64,000 nt of DNA from Candidatus Velthaea sp. (GCA_965214935.1 CBDCCS010000010.1:32001-96000); one strand, 5' to 3'. Counted from the stretch's first letter, positions 40,646 through 50,558 are shown. Program-made: numbers and translations. The notes: generated by a model from the letters alone, not told the origin.

Positions 40646-41763
40646 ACGGAACTTCGCGACAAACGATCTCGATGTCCGCTTCAAAAGTAGTAAACTACGA
40701 GATTGAACACACACATGGCCCGATCTTTGACATAACCAATGATGCGCTCGCGTTTGCCGTTGAAGATCGCGCCGTTTTACTCGTCGTCGATTCTTCGTTG
40801 TGGCCTTTCTATGGCGCGCAAATCGAGCGATACGCTCGTGAACGGTTGACGTGTCTCAACATCGTACGATTGGCCGGCGGTGAAGCGACGAAATCGCTCG
40901 AGGAAGTCGCAGACTTGTGCGCCACCGCAGTTGACGTCGGCTTGCCAAGGCATGGTATTTTCGTGGCGATCGGCGGCGGCACGATTCTCGATGCCGTTGG
41001 TTTTGCGGCCTCGATCTATCGCCGCGGAGTCGGTTACATTCGCGTTCCAACGACGCTCATTGGAATGATCGATGTTGGAGTCGGCATAAAGCAAGCAATT
41101 AATTTCCGCCACAAGAAAAACGTCTTAGGATCGTTCTACGCTCCACGGTGCACCATCAACGATGCTCGCTTTTTGTACAACTTACCGCGACGCGAATTAG
41201 CATGCGGCATGGCCGAAGCGATCAAAATTGGTTTCTTGTGCGATCGATCGCTGTTTGAACTGCTCGAGCTTCATTCCTCAGAGATCCTCACGAGCGGCTT
41301 TCGCACACCGCAGCCGGTGGCAACCGAGATTTTGATGCGAGCAGAAGTTGCGATGTTGGACCAATTAGCAACGAATCTCTATGAGTCAGACCTTCGACGG
41401 CTCGTTGACTTCGGGCATTCGTTCAGTCCGATCATTGAAACAACAACCAACTACGCTGTAGCGCATGGCGAAGCGGTCGCTCTCGACATGCTTCTTTCCA
41501 CGATCATCGCAGTTGAGCGGCAAATTTGCGATCGAAACGTGATCGCGCGACTGACGCGTCTGTATCATAAAATCGGTCTCCCAACGATGCATACGTCCAT
41601 GTCGCCATTGCTCATGGAGCGCGCCCTCATTGAAGCGCGTAAGCATCGCGGCGGTGCATTGAATCTCGTCGTCCCGACCGGTATCGGCTCCGCTGCCTTC
41701 TTGCAGGACGTTGCATACGATGAGCTCGTATCGGCGCTTGCGGTCATGTCGGCTTTGCATTAA
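40642..41763 (+). CDS. Sedoheptulose 7-phosphate cyclase (2-epi-5-epi-valiolone synthase-like)
   Basis: GGGTILDAVG, RRG...RVPTTLIG.ID, KNVLG, AEAIK and MLDQLATNLYESDLRRLVDFGHSFSP, which is EEVS-like and differs from the DHQS R..LN.GHT motif. Confidence 0.88.
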   Translation: MNGTSRQTISMSASKVVNYEIEHTHGPIFDITNDALAFAVEDRAVLLVVDSSLWPFYGAQIERYARERLTCLNIVRLAGGEATKSLEEVADLCATAVDVGLPRHGIFVAIGGGTILDAVGFAASIYRRGVGYIRVPTTLIGMIDVGVGIKQAINFRHKKNVLGSFYAPRCTINDARFLYNLPRRELACGMAEAIKIGFLCDRSLFELLELHSSEILTSGFRTPQPVATEILMRAEVAMLDQLATNLYESDLRRLVDFGHSFSPIIETTTNYAVAHGEAVALDMLLSTIIAVERQICDRNVIARLTRLYHKIGLPTMHTSMSPLLMERALIEARKHRGGALNLVVPTGIGSAAFLQDVAYDELVSALAVMSALH

Positions 41764-41769
41764 CCGATC

Positions 41770-42777
41770 GTGAATGCAACGTGCATCGTTGTCGATCTCG
41801 GTGGTACGTTTTTACGTTGCGGCCTCATTGCCGAAGATGAGGCGCTCGTTGCCGTTGAACGCTTCCGGCTTCCAGGCGACGCTTCTTCGCGTACGGAAAC
41901 TATCTGGCCTCAAATTGTGGACGCCATTGCCGGCTATGCTGCACGCCATCGCGCGAAGATGTCGCTATCTGCACCAATTGCGTTCGCATTTCCAGGGCCG
42001 ATCGCAAGTGGAAGGGTTACGGTCGCTCCAACCGTACGCGGCGGTAGTTTTGCACTACCCGACATTCGCGCGATGTTGGCAGACCGTACGCGGCGCGACG
42101 TCGCGCTCATCAATGACGTATCCGCCGCCGCATGGTATTTCGGCGGGCGCTTCACCGCCGAACGCTTTGTCGTCGTCACCATAAGTAGCGGCGTCGGTGC
42201 AAAGATCTTCGATCGACGGCATCCGCTCGGGGTGTTGGATGATGTTCCCTCGGCTGGAGAGATCGGCCACCTCGTTGTTGATCCTCGCCGCGCAGCGCCG
42301 CTGTGCGATTGCGGAGGACGCGGACATCTCGGCACGTTTGCATCGGCACGCGGCTTCGAGCGAGGAGCACGACTCGCGGCGACGCGTGATCTCAATGCGT
42401 TCGCACACTCGGCGGCCGCATTGCAATTCGGGGCAACCACCGCAACGCTAAATAACGAAGCCCATCTCGTACCCGCGGTGCAGGCGGACGATCCGTGGTC
42501 ACTTTCGCTATTACGCGAATCGATTCGACCATTAGCGATTGTCGTTCGGACACTCTGCGTCGGCAGCGGCTTAGACGGCATCGTCCTGATGGGTGGTTTC
42601 GTGCAGGCGCTCGGAGAGCGCTACCGCGTGCCGTTTGAAGAGGCGATGTTTAGCCATTCCGACGTGGGCCCGGCGCGGACCAACGGGCAGATGTCGATCG
42701 TGATAACCCGTCCGGGCGAAGAGCCATCGTTAAGTGGTGCGGCGGCATTTCTGCGGCGTAAAGCATTCGCTGCATGA
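41770..42777 (+). CDS. ROK family kinase (candidate cyclitol kinase)
   Basis: VDLGGT, FPGP, NDVSAAA, SSGVG, GEIGH, CDCGGRGHLG. Confidence 0.88.
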   Translation: MNATCIVVDLGGTFLRCGLIAEDEALVAVERFRLPGDASSRTETIWPQIVDAIAGYAARHRAKMSLSAPIAFAFPGPIASGRVTVAPTVRGGSFALPDIRAMLADRTRRDVALINDVSAAAWYFGGRFTAERFVVVTISSGVGAKIFDRRHPLGVLDDVPSAGEIGHLVVDPRRAAPLCDCGGRGHLGTFASARGFERGARLAATRDLNAFAHSAAALQFGATTATLNNEAHLVPAVQADDPWSLSLLRESIRPLAIVVRTLCVGSGLDGIVLMGGFVQALGERYRVPFEEAMFSHSDVGPARTNGQMSIVITRPGEEPSLSGAAAFLRRKAFAA

Positions 42778-43979
42778 GAACCGCAATTGTCGGCGGCAGC
42801 GCGCAAAGTACTCCGGCGCTATTTGACACCGCTTGGGCACTCGGTACACCGCAATTTTCGTTTGAGATCATTGGCCGTTCCCAATCGCGGCTCGCGGCAG
42901 TCCGTCGCGCAATCGAGTGCGTTGCGCTTGAGCGCGAGTTCGCCGTTGATTGTCGGATCGCGACCGTTGATATGCTCGACGCAGCGATCGAAGTAGCCGA
43001 TGTCGTACTGGTTCAATTGCGAGCCGGCGGCTATCCCGCGCGCGCTTACGATGAGACGTTTCCACATCGCTACGGACTTTGCGGCGATGAAGGTTTAGGT
43101 GTCGGTGGCCTTGCAGCAGCTTGGCGAACATGGAGTGAGCTTCGACCGATATTGTCGACCATTGCTCGCCGTAATCCGGGCGCCCGTGTTATTCTCCTTA
43201 CATCTCCAATTGGTATTCTCACCCGCTGCGCACGCAGCGCGTTTCCATCGCTTAGCGTGTTCGGAATCTGCGAACTGCCTTGGACAACCCTGACGCGACT
43301 TTGCGCAAACGCGAGCGTCGATGCCGCGGCGGCGACCTATTCCTATGCTGGAATCAATCACCTTGGCTGGTTTTCCGATGTGCGTGCCGGCAGCCGAACG
43401 ATCGTTACAGCGCAAGATATATACCCGCTTAAATACGTTCGGCTCAACGATGCTCCGGCCGACGTCTTGAGCGAACAGCTTGCGGCCGTTCCGCGCGGAC
43501 GCGAACTTGCGGACATGGCGTCGGACGCTTTTGCCACATATAAAAACGGCTCACCGACCGATGTGCTTGCAGCGGTGCGACGCCGCGAAACACCATGGTA
43601 CGCACATGCTGTCGCTCCGCTGCTGCGATCGTTCGCGGGCGACGACACCGGCGTGTCATTTTTCTTAACCGCCAAGAACGCTGGGTATCATCCGCGTTTC
43701 GACGACGATGATGTCGTTGAAATGCCGTTTATCGTACGCAATGGAAAACTCGAACGGGTTCGTCCGAAGGCTTGGCAGCGTGACGATATCGCCGACACAC
43801 TTCTGCGGCTCATCAACTACGAACGTCAAGCTGCGCAGGCGGTGCTTTCGGGCAACATTTCAACGTTACGGACGGCGCTACGCGCGCATCCTTGGCTCGA
43901 CGGTCATGCCGTGACCGATCAGCTTGTCGCAGATGTTGTTGCGCCGGCAGCAACCGCTTGGGCAACGTCTTCACGATAA
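42774..43979 (+). CDS. Glycoside hydrolase family 4-like protein
   Basis: ADVVLVQLRAGG...DE..P..YG..G.EG.G.GG, GICELP, GINH, VVEMP, YER....A, AL.AHP. Confidence 0.85.
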   Translation: MRTAIVGGSAQSTPALFDTAWALGTPQFSFEIIGRSQSRLAAVRRAIECVALEREFAVDCRIATVDMLDAAIEVADVVLVQLRAGGYPARAYDETFPHRYGLCGDEGLGVGGLAAAWRTWSELRPILSTIARRNPGARVILLTSPIGILTRCARSAFPSLSVFGICELPWTTLTRLCANASVDAAAATYSYAGINHLGWFSDVRAGSRTIVTAQDIYPLKYVRLNDAPADVLSEQLAAVPRGRELADMASDAFATYKNGSPTDVLAAVRRRETPWYAHAVAPLLRSFAGDDTGVSFFLTAKNAGYHPRFDDDDVVEMPFIVRNGKLERVRPKAWQRDDIADTLLRLINYERQAAQAVLSGNISTLRTALRAHPWLDGHAVTDQLVADVVAPAATAWATSSR

Positions 43980-44956
43980 TAGGCAACCACGTCTTCGATC
44001 GTTCGAGTGATGGAAAAGCTCGCCGCATAGCCAAGCCCCGAGAGCTTACTGATATCGGCGTAAGCGCGTGGAACGTCGGCTGAGCGGACATAACGCTCAA
44101 TGAGTTGTACGTGACCTTCGAGATGCGCCGCGCTCAGCGTGAGGCGTAAAATATCAGCAATTGCCGTTTCAGTACCACTCGCGATGTTGTACGTTTCGCC
44201 TGGCACGCCGCTTTCGGCAAGCCGGTCTATCGCCTGCGCGACGTCGCGAACGTCGATGAAATCACGGGTTGGTTGGAGATCGCCGATCGTTAAAACCGCC
44301 GGCGTTTCGCCGCGCTGAATCGCTGTCGCTTGCGCGGCGAACCGGCCGCAAACATGCCGTTCGTCCTGGCCGGGTCCGGCAATATTAAAGATGCGCGCAA
44401 TGATCAGCGGAATCTTCACCTCGGCGGTCAGCAATCGTGCGACCATCTCCGCTGCAAACTTACTTAGCGCGTAAGGTTCGTACGGCGCACAACGTCTATC
44501 TTCGCTTAGCGGTAGGCAATCGGGAACACCGTAGACCGAGCCGCTCGAGCCGAGAATGAGCCGTGGTTTGTTCGAAAGCGTCGTAATCGCACGTACAAGG
44601 GCGGCGGTTCCCGCAACATTCGCCGCGACCAGCACGTTTGCCGCATCGTCGCGCAGCGCCGCCGCTAAGTGAACAACGACGTCCGCTTCGCTCGTTCTCA
44701 GCAGTTGCGCTAAGTAAGCTTCGTCGCTTAAATCACACGCCATATACTGGTAACGCGCGCGGTCGAAGGTGCGTAGCTCGGGCGGCAACGGTGCCGGAAC
44801 GGGCCGATCTCGCCACGTAATCCGGTGCGTGAATGACGTATCACATTCGGGCGAGCGTCCGATTCCAACTACGACCGCCTGCGGATTTCGTAACAGCTGA
44901 GCGCACAGAAACTTGCCCGCGAAGCCTTGCGCACCGGTAACGACGTAACGCATCAT
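43919..44956 (-). CDS. NAD-dependent epimerase/dehydratase (NDP-sugar; RMD/GMD-like)
   Basis: TGAQGFAG, HLAA, SSGSVYG, YALSK, R.FN..GPGQ, RDFIDVRD. Confidence 0.92.
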   Translation of the reverse strand: MMRYVVTGAQGFAGKFLCAQLLRNPQAVVVGIGRSPECDTSFTHRITWRDRPVPAPLPPELRTFDRARYQYMACDLSDEAYLAQLLRTSEADVVVHLAAALRDDAANVLVAANVAGTAALVRAITTLSNKPRLILGSSGSVYGVPDCLPLSEDRRCAPYEPYALSKFAAEMVARLLTAEVKIPLIIARIFNIAGPGQDERHVCGRFAAQATAIQRGETPAVLTIGDLQPTRDFIDVRDVAQAIDRLAESGVPGETYNIASGTETAIADILRLTLSAAHLEGHVQLIERYVRSADVPRAYADISKLSGLGYAASFSITRTIEDVVAYYREDVAQAVAAGATTSATS

Positions 44957-45885
44957 TTTACCGCAATGCTGGTCGAAAGCATGTCGCGCAGTCCGGCTTC
45001 GAGTGCGATGCGCGGTTCCCAGCCGAGTTCACGCAGCGCTAAACGACGATCGGCGACAAGGCGCAAGATTTCCGAGTTTCCGGGCCGCCTTGCGTCATGA
45101 TCTTCTTCGACTGCGCGTGCCGTCCCGGTGATTTGAACGGCGAGCTGCGCGAGGCTCAAGACACTGGTTCCGACGCCTGATCCGATATTGATTGCGACCG
45201 TAGCGCGTCGCGGCACATGAGCTGCCGCGACAATTGCTCGCGCGACGTCATCGACGTGACAATAGTCGCGTACTGGGCGCAGGTCCGCAAGCCGCAACGA
45301 ACCGATGTTATCGAGCTGCTTGAAGATCGCCGGTATAAGCGCGTGTTGGCCCATTCCCGCGCCATAAACGGAGAACGGTCGAACGATTGTCGTCCCGCGT
45401 TGACATGCGTAATCGAAGGCTCTCACCATCTGCTCGGCGCCGATCTTAGCCGCAGCATATGGCGAACGAGCTTCGAGCCGATGCGATTCATCAACGGGAT
45501 CGGTTTCTGGCCGCCCATAAACCTCGGCCGACGACACATACACGATCTGCTTGACACCAACTTCACGGCAAGCATCGAGAACCGCCGCCGTTCCGCCCGT
45601 GTGAGCATTCACGAATTCTACCGGCGCTGTAAATGACGCCCTGACGGACGGAGGGCCAGCCAAGTGAATGACGGCGTCGACGCCATTAAATAGGGACAGT
45701 AAAACGGAGCGATCGGTAATAATCGCTCGGACGTCTCGAGCGAGATTGCCGGGCGACGAAATCTGCTCGCCGGGAGGACCAACCAGTGCATGAACTTCGC
45801 AGCCCAGCCGGGATAAGGCACGACAAACGGCCGAACCGATAAAGCCGCCGGCGCCCGTGACGGCCACTCGCTGTAACTCGATCAT
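44953..45885 (-). CDS. NAD-dependent epimerase/dehydratase
   Basis: TGAGGFIG, HLAG, SSAEVYG, YAAAK, RPFSVYG, RDYCHVDD. Confidence 0.92.
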   Translation of the reverse strand: MIELQRVAVTGAGGFIGSAVCRALSRLGCEVHALVGPPGEQISSPGNLARDVRAIITDRSVLLSLFNGVDAVIHLAGPPSVRASFTAPVEFVNAHTGGTAAVLDACREVGVKQIVYVSSAEVYGRPETDPVDESHRLEARSPYAAAKIGAEQMVRAFDYACQRGTTIVRPFSVYGAGMGQHALIPAIFKQLDNIGSLRLADLRPVRDYCHVDDVARAIVAAAHVPRRATVAINIGSGVGTSVLSLAQLAVQITGTARAVEEDHDARRPGNSEILRLVADRRLALRELGWEPRIALEAGLRDMLSTSIAVK

Positions 45886-47096
45886 TGCGCCCGACCTGCG
45901 GCGGCTTCCTCAAATACATTTTGCATGCGTTGCAAAAGATGATCGCGCGTATAGCCGTCAAGGTAACGTGCGCGCGCCGCCGCACCGAGTTTCTGCGCCG
46001 TGTCCGGGTTGTCGAGGAGACGAATAACGCCGTCTGCTACGGCGTCGGCCCGACCGACCGGCACAACAATGCCGGTTCGATCGTGTAGCACCAAATCGGG
46101 GATGCCGGCGTGGTTGGACGCAACGACCGGCCGACCCAGCGACATGCCTTCGAGGATGGTGTTGGGCAGCGAGTCTTGCGTTGTCGGATGCACTTGAATG
46201 TCGACCGCCTGCCAAACGTCGCCGATCTCGCCACGATACGACGTCACGATCACCCGGTTAGCAACACCAAGCGCTTCGGCATGCGCACGAAGAACATCCG
46301 CGTAACCGGGCTGCGGGCGCTCGAACCCCACCAATAAAAATGTCACATCCGGATGGCGCGCTAAGATTTGCGGCGCTGCATCAATGACGACGTGCTGCCC
46401 TTTACCATGAGAAAGAGCGGCGATTTGTGCGACGACGCGGGTGCTCTTGCGGGGCCGCAGTCCAAGTATGTGACGAACATCGTCTTCCGTATGCTGTATT
46501 ACCGGCGGCGGCGGGCCGTTGGGAATAACACGTACGCGCCAGCGCCGATTCGCGGCCATCCAAGACGCAATCTCAGCGGCAACGGTGCTCGAATCGGTGA
46601 TTACCGCTGCAGCTTGATTGAGGGTGAAGCGGTGCAGCAGTTTCCAAAGCCATCGCGGCTCCCAGATCTCGCTGACGTTATACGTGGTAAGGATACTCGG
46701 GATGCCGGTGACGATGCCGGCAAGCGCTCCGGCAAGGTAGCCGGCGGGATGATGACCATCGATAACATCGACGTTTTCACGCTTGACATAGCGCGCGATC
46801 TTTGAGACAGTGCCGATCAGCGAGCCAACGCGAAACAGGTGTCGGCGAATGTCGTTGCCCGACAGACCTTGCGTTACACGCGGGACACTCAAATCGACGA
46901 TCGGAAAACTCGCCTGCTCGAATTTACTTTGCATGTTTCCGAGCCGGCGATCGAACTCCGGATCGTTCGGACGAATGGTTGCGATTCGCAAGTCGAAGCG
47001 GTCTCGATCGATACCTTGCGCGATTTGTAGGACGCGATTTTCATCTCCGCCATACGGAAAGCCGTCGAGGATACTAAGAATGACGCACTTGTTCAT
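45882..47096 (-). CDS. Glycosyltransferase family 4 (GT-B)
   Basis: GG.E, VIPNG, KGQ, DSLPNTILEGMSLGRPVVAS..AGIPD. Confidence 0.92.
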   Translation of the reverse strand: MNKCVILSILDGFPYGGDENRVLQIAQGIDRDRFDLRIATIRPNDPEFDRRLGNMQSKFEQASFPIVDLSVPRVTQGLSGNDIRRHLFRVGSLIGTVSKIARYVKRENVDVIDGHHPAGYLAGALAGIVTGIPSILTTYNVSEIWEPRWLWKLLHRFTLNQAAAVITDSSTVAAEIASWMAANRRWRVRVIPNGPPPPVIQHTEDDVRHILGLRPRKSTRVVAQIAALSHGKGQHVVIDAAPQILARHPDVTFLLVGFERPQPGYADVLRAHAEALGVANRVIVTSYRGEIGDVWQAVDIQVHPTTQDSLPNTILEGMSLGRPVVASNHAGIPDLVLHDRTGIVVPVGRADAVADGVIRLLDNPDTAQKLGAAARARYLDGYTRDHLLQRMQNVFEEAAAGRAQ

Positions 47097-47866
47097 GATG
47101 CGATTCCAATCGCGCCAGAGCGCACGAGCCGATCGGCTCGCGCTAATGCATCTGCATCGTTGACGTCAATCCAATTTGCGTTATGCTCGTATGCTGCCAC
47201 TGACAGTCCGGCTGCTAAGACAGTATCGAAAAACTCCGCAGCTCCGACCGGACGTCGCGCGGGTATCAGCGCAGCGGCTGCGTGACCGACGACAAATAAG
47301 CCGCTCGAGACGCGCACCTTCCGGACGGGCTTTTCTTGATACGATCGGACGTGCCCGCGATCTATCTCAAGTTCGCCGAAGGGGTTGCGCAGCTCCCAAA
47401 CGTGTGTGGCAACGGTCAACGAAGCTGCTGTCTCACGATGCCGCGCGAGCAAGTCGGGTAAAGCGATCGATGTAAGGTTGTCGGCGAATAGCACGATCAT
47501 GTCGCGTAGCCCATCCGTAACGGCTCCGACGGCGCCGATATTGCCAAGCGGCTCGGTTTCGATAAACGTTGTTATCCGGCCGCTGAATTGCCGCGCGAGT
47601 GCCGTACCACGACTGCTAATATAATGGCCGATCGCGGGTTCGCTTTTAGAAATAACGACGACGATCTCATCGATACCCGACAAAAATAACGCGAGCAGAT
47701 TGTACTCGAGTAATGGGACGCCCGCTACTTCGACTAAGGCCTTATGAACAGGTCCGTTCGTCGCGCGCATCCGCGATGAGCGGCCGCCCGCCATGATCAC
47801 GCCGCGGACATGTTCTAATGGTCGAGCGTCGGGTGCCTTTGCGGCCGCTGAGATTGACACGATCAT
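47093..47866 (-). CDS. Sugar-phosphate nucleotidyltransferase
   Basis: MAGGRSSRM, HKALVEVAG.PL, E.EPLGNIG, FAD, EKP, WIDV. Confidence 0.9.
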   Translation of the reverse strand: MIVSISAAAKAPDARPLEHVRGVIMAGGRSSRMRATNGPVHKALVEVAGVPLLEYNLLALFLSGIDEIVVVISKSEPAIGHYISSRGTALARQFSGRITTFIETEPLGNIGAVGAVTDGLRDMIVLFADNLTSIALPDLLARHRETAASLTVATHVWELRNPFGELEIDRGHVRSYQEKPVRKVRVSSGLFVVGHAAAALIPARRPVGAAEFFDTVLAAGLSVAAYEHNANWIDVNDADALARADRLVRSGAIGIAS

Positions 47867-48070
47867 ACGTTAATGCTGATTGGTTCACGACGTCAGTGGC
47901 AGAGGGGCATACCCCTGAGGACATCTTTCCTTCTTCTGCATTTTTATTGAGTAATCGTGAATCTACATACGAATCAAAGCGAAGGGCTACGCCTTCGTTC
48001 GACCTTACTTCGGATTCGAATTCTGCATTTGTATGAAAATAACAAACCCTGCGCTTTTGGAATGTAGCGT

Positions 48071-48809
48071 TCACTCACGACCCGAAGTTGCGGCAGCAGC
48101 CGCCCAAAAATTCGGCTCGACGTCGCCCGTTTCGAGTAATGTTTTTAGGCCCGACAACACCGCCGGCCAGCCGAACGTGATGCTGTTAAGCCGCTCGGAC
48201 TCCGGTTCAAGATTTTCGTGGGTTACGGTCAACCGCACGGATTTATCGAGCGGTTCGACATCGTAAGTAACACGCGAGCATTGTGCCGCATCGCCGGCCC
48301 CGCCCGGTGAGGCCCATGACACCACAAGACGCCGCGGCGGGTCATTTTCAAGCACGGTGCCTTCAATGTCGACATCGGTAAGCGTTTGCGGGCTTGCCGC
48401 TGCCGCTGAGCCGTCGGTCTTGATGCCGTGTTTCGCTGCACCGGCGAAGTCGATAATTGTATCGATGCGCTCGCTTGCGATCCCAATATCGTGTGCCAGA
48501 TCGAGATAGTCGCCACCAAAGAGATCGATGAACGCGTCGATACCGTGCGGCGCTGCCGCCTTCAGACGATCGGCTAGGCCATCACCATAGGCGATTTGTT
48601 CGACGTCGACGGAGCGGAGAAACTCGGCGTTCTCGTCACTTGCGATCCCGAGAACGCGCGCCCCGGCTCGTTGCGCGAGCTGAACTGCAAGTGAGCCGAC
48701 TCCGCCGGCCGCGCCGCTGATTGCTACGACGTCACCGGCTGTCAAGCGCACTGCGCGCACCGCGCCGACCGCCGTCGTCGCAGTAACGAAAAGGCTGCCG
48801 GCCCGGAAC
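48071..48809 (-). pseudogene. In-frame chimera: internal fragment of an NADP-dependent oxidoreductase fused to an SRPBCC C-terminal half
   Basis: 48377-48809 matches FRAGSL...AAASP of the 53553-54524 protein; 48071-48376 matches DVDIEGTVLENDPP...NFWAA of the 49748-50224 protein. Confidence 0.9.
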
Positions 48810-49298
48810 ATGCGCATAGATAACACGACCTCGTCCAAATTGCAACAAAACGATACGTTTGCGGACGTGCTCGCGACGCCGGGTCACCTGATCACCCTAG
48901 CTGCACGTGGCTTTGCGCGTTTGAGCGAGGCTCGTCTAAAACCGCTAGGGTTCGGCATCGGGCACCTGCCGGTTCTGGTCGCCCTTCAAAGCGGTCGTGC
49001 AAACACGCAACGTGATTTGGCGCGCTTCGCGCAAATCCGACAGCCGCCCATGGCGCAAATGCTTGCTCGCATGGAGCGTGACGGGCTCATTGAACGCAAA
49101 GCGGACCCTGACGACGGACGCAGTAGCCGTATCGTTTTGACGGAGGCCGCGCGATCACGCCTGCCGGAGGCCATCGCGACGCTGTTCCGCGGCAATCACG
49201 ATGCGGTAGCGGGATTCACGGACGAGGAGATCGCGCAACTCGTCGGTTGGCTCGACCGACTCATTACGAACCTAAACCGGCTCACCGCTACGCCTTAG
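48810..49298 (+). CDS. MarR family transcriptional regulator (copy 2)
   Basis: Same length as 37592-38080 with long identical stretches (RLKPLGFGIGHLPVLVALQSGRA). Confidence 0.9.
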   Translation: MRIDNTTSSKLQQNDTFADVLATPGHLITLAARGFARLSEARLKPLGFGIGHLPVLVALQSGRANTQRDLARFAQIRQPPMAQMLARMERDGLIERKADPDDGRSSRIVLTEAARSRLPEAIATLFRGNHDAVAGFTDEEIAQLVGWLDRLITNLNRLTATP

Positions 49299-49383
49299 CA
49301 ATGCGCTTGGACGGCTGAGACAAATCATCAGAGGTCGTGAATATGGTGAGGAAGCCGGACGAACGCTATTTGCTACCGAGGCC

Positions 49384-49602
49384 TTAAGCGGTAATGATAT
49401 CTATTCATGTTCGTCCGAGCTGATCCGAGCAGCGATCGATCGTATATTCGTGCTGCAGTAGATCTGTTCGAAGGTTCGCGATGATGATAGTGATGGCACT
49501 GCAACAGGTCCGCGCAAATAGTCGCATGTTATGAGGCGTCGCCCGTCTTGAATCGGGTCGCTCCAGCTAAAACGATTCAGACACTGTTTTCTCGAGTCGA
49601 TT
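49384..49602 (-). pseudogene. 3' remnant of a Uma2 gene paralogous to 38874-39509
   Basis: Aligns by eye with 38874-39093 (ttcatgttcgtc, gttcgaaggt, ggtccgcgca, tttctcgagtcgat). Confidence 0.85.
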
Positions 49603-49747
49603 CACTTCTTACGACCGTTGCGGGCAAGACCGCGTTAGTAATAAACGCCCTTTTAACGATTCGTGGACTCGGAGGCTCGCGCTTGTTGATTGGTGACCGC
49701 GAGCGCTTGTAACGAGCATGTGGTGAGTGCGGTAATCGCAATTCTCG

Positions 49748-50224
49748 TCACGCATCGCTCGCAGCCGCAGCACGTGCCGCCCAGAAGTTCGGCTGAACGT
49801 CGCCTGTTTCGAGCAACGTCTTTAGACCTGAAAGCACGGCCGGCCAGCCGAACGTAATGCTGCGCAGTCGGTCGGATTCGGGCTCGAGGTCTTCGTGCGT
49901 CACGGTCAGGCGCACCGTTGTTTCGAGCGGTTCGAGATCGTAGCTGACGCGCGAGCACTTCGCCGGATCGCCGGCCTCGCCGGGCGATGCCCATGATACG
50001 ACGAGGCGCCGCGGCGGATCGTTTTCGAGCACGGTTCCCTCGATATCAACATCGTTTGCATCGTCGTAATCTTCCATGCGCCACGCCGAACCGACGTGCC
50101 AGTCTGAGAGATTGCGGTGGTTGGCCCAGTAGCGACGTGTTAATTCAGGATCGATCAGCGCATTGAAAAGCTTGTCGGGTGTCGTCACGATGTACGTGAC
50201 GTAAACGAAAGACGGCTTACTCAT
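49748..50224 (-). CDS. SRPBCC/AHSA1 family protein
   Basis: FVYVTYI.TTP...AL...T..YW...SDW..GS, G.VLE.DPPRRLV.SW, GWP.VLS.LKTLLETG. Confidence 0.92.
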   Translation of the reverse strand: MSKPSFVYVTYIVTTPDKLFNALIDPELTRRYWANHRNLSDWHVGSAWRMEDYDDANDVDIEGTVLENDPPRRLVVSWASPGEAGDPAKCSRVSYDLEPLETTVRLTVTHEDLEPESDRLRSITFGWPAVLSGLKTLLETGDVQPNFWAARAAAASDA

Positions 50225-50537
50225 CAGATGAAACATCCTCCAGAATGCTTTTGAGGTCGCGCAGCGCGCGCAGTCGTTGTCGCTCGAACTTACCGATCCA
50301 GCGCTCCGCAATTTCCGCAATCGGCACCGGATTCAAATAGTGCAGCTTCTCCCGTCCGCGCCAAACACTCGCCACGAGGTTGGCCTCTTCGAGCAGCGCG
50401 AGATGCTTTGAGACTGCCTGCCGTGTCATGTCAAGGTTCGTACAGAGAGCGGCCAGCGTTTGACCGTTCTCGCGATACAGCGCATCGAGTAGTTCGCGCC
50501 GGCTCGGATCCGCGAGTGCCTTGAACGCCCGGTCCAT
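50217..50537 (-). CDS. ArsR/SmtB family regulator
   Basis: FKALADPSRR.LLD, MTRQAVSKHL..LE.ANLV, GREKLHYLNPVPI. Confidence 0.93.
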   Translation of the reverse strand: MDRAFKALADPSRRELLDALYRENGQTLAALCTNLDMTRQAVSKHLALLEEANLVASVWRGREKLHYLNPVPIAEIAERWIGKFERQRLRALRDLKSILEDVSSDE

Positions 50538-50558
50538 GCTCCGCGTCCCCACCGCTCG

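Noticed and set aside
40642..41763. Annotation as 3-dehydroquinate synthase (aroB) or a mycosporine/gadusol cluster
   Set aside because: The NLYE...R.VDFGH motif is EEVS-like; no aroK, O-methyltransferase, ATP-grasp or MT-Ox neighbours.
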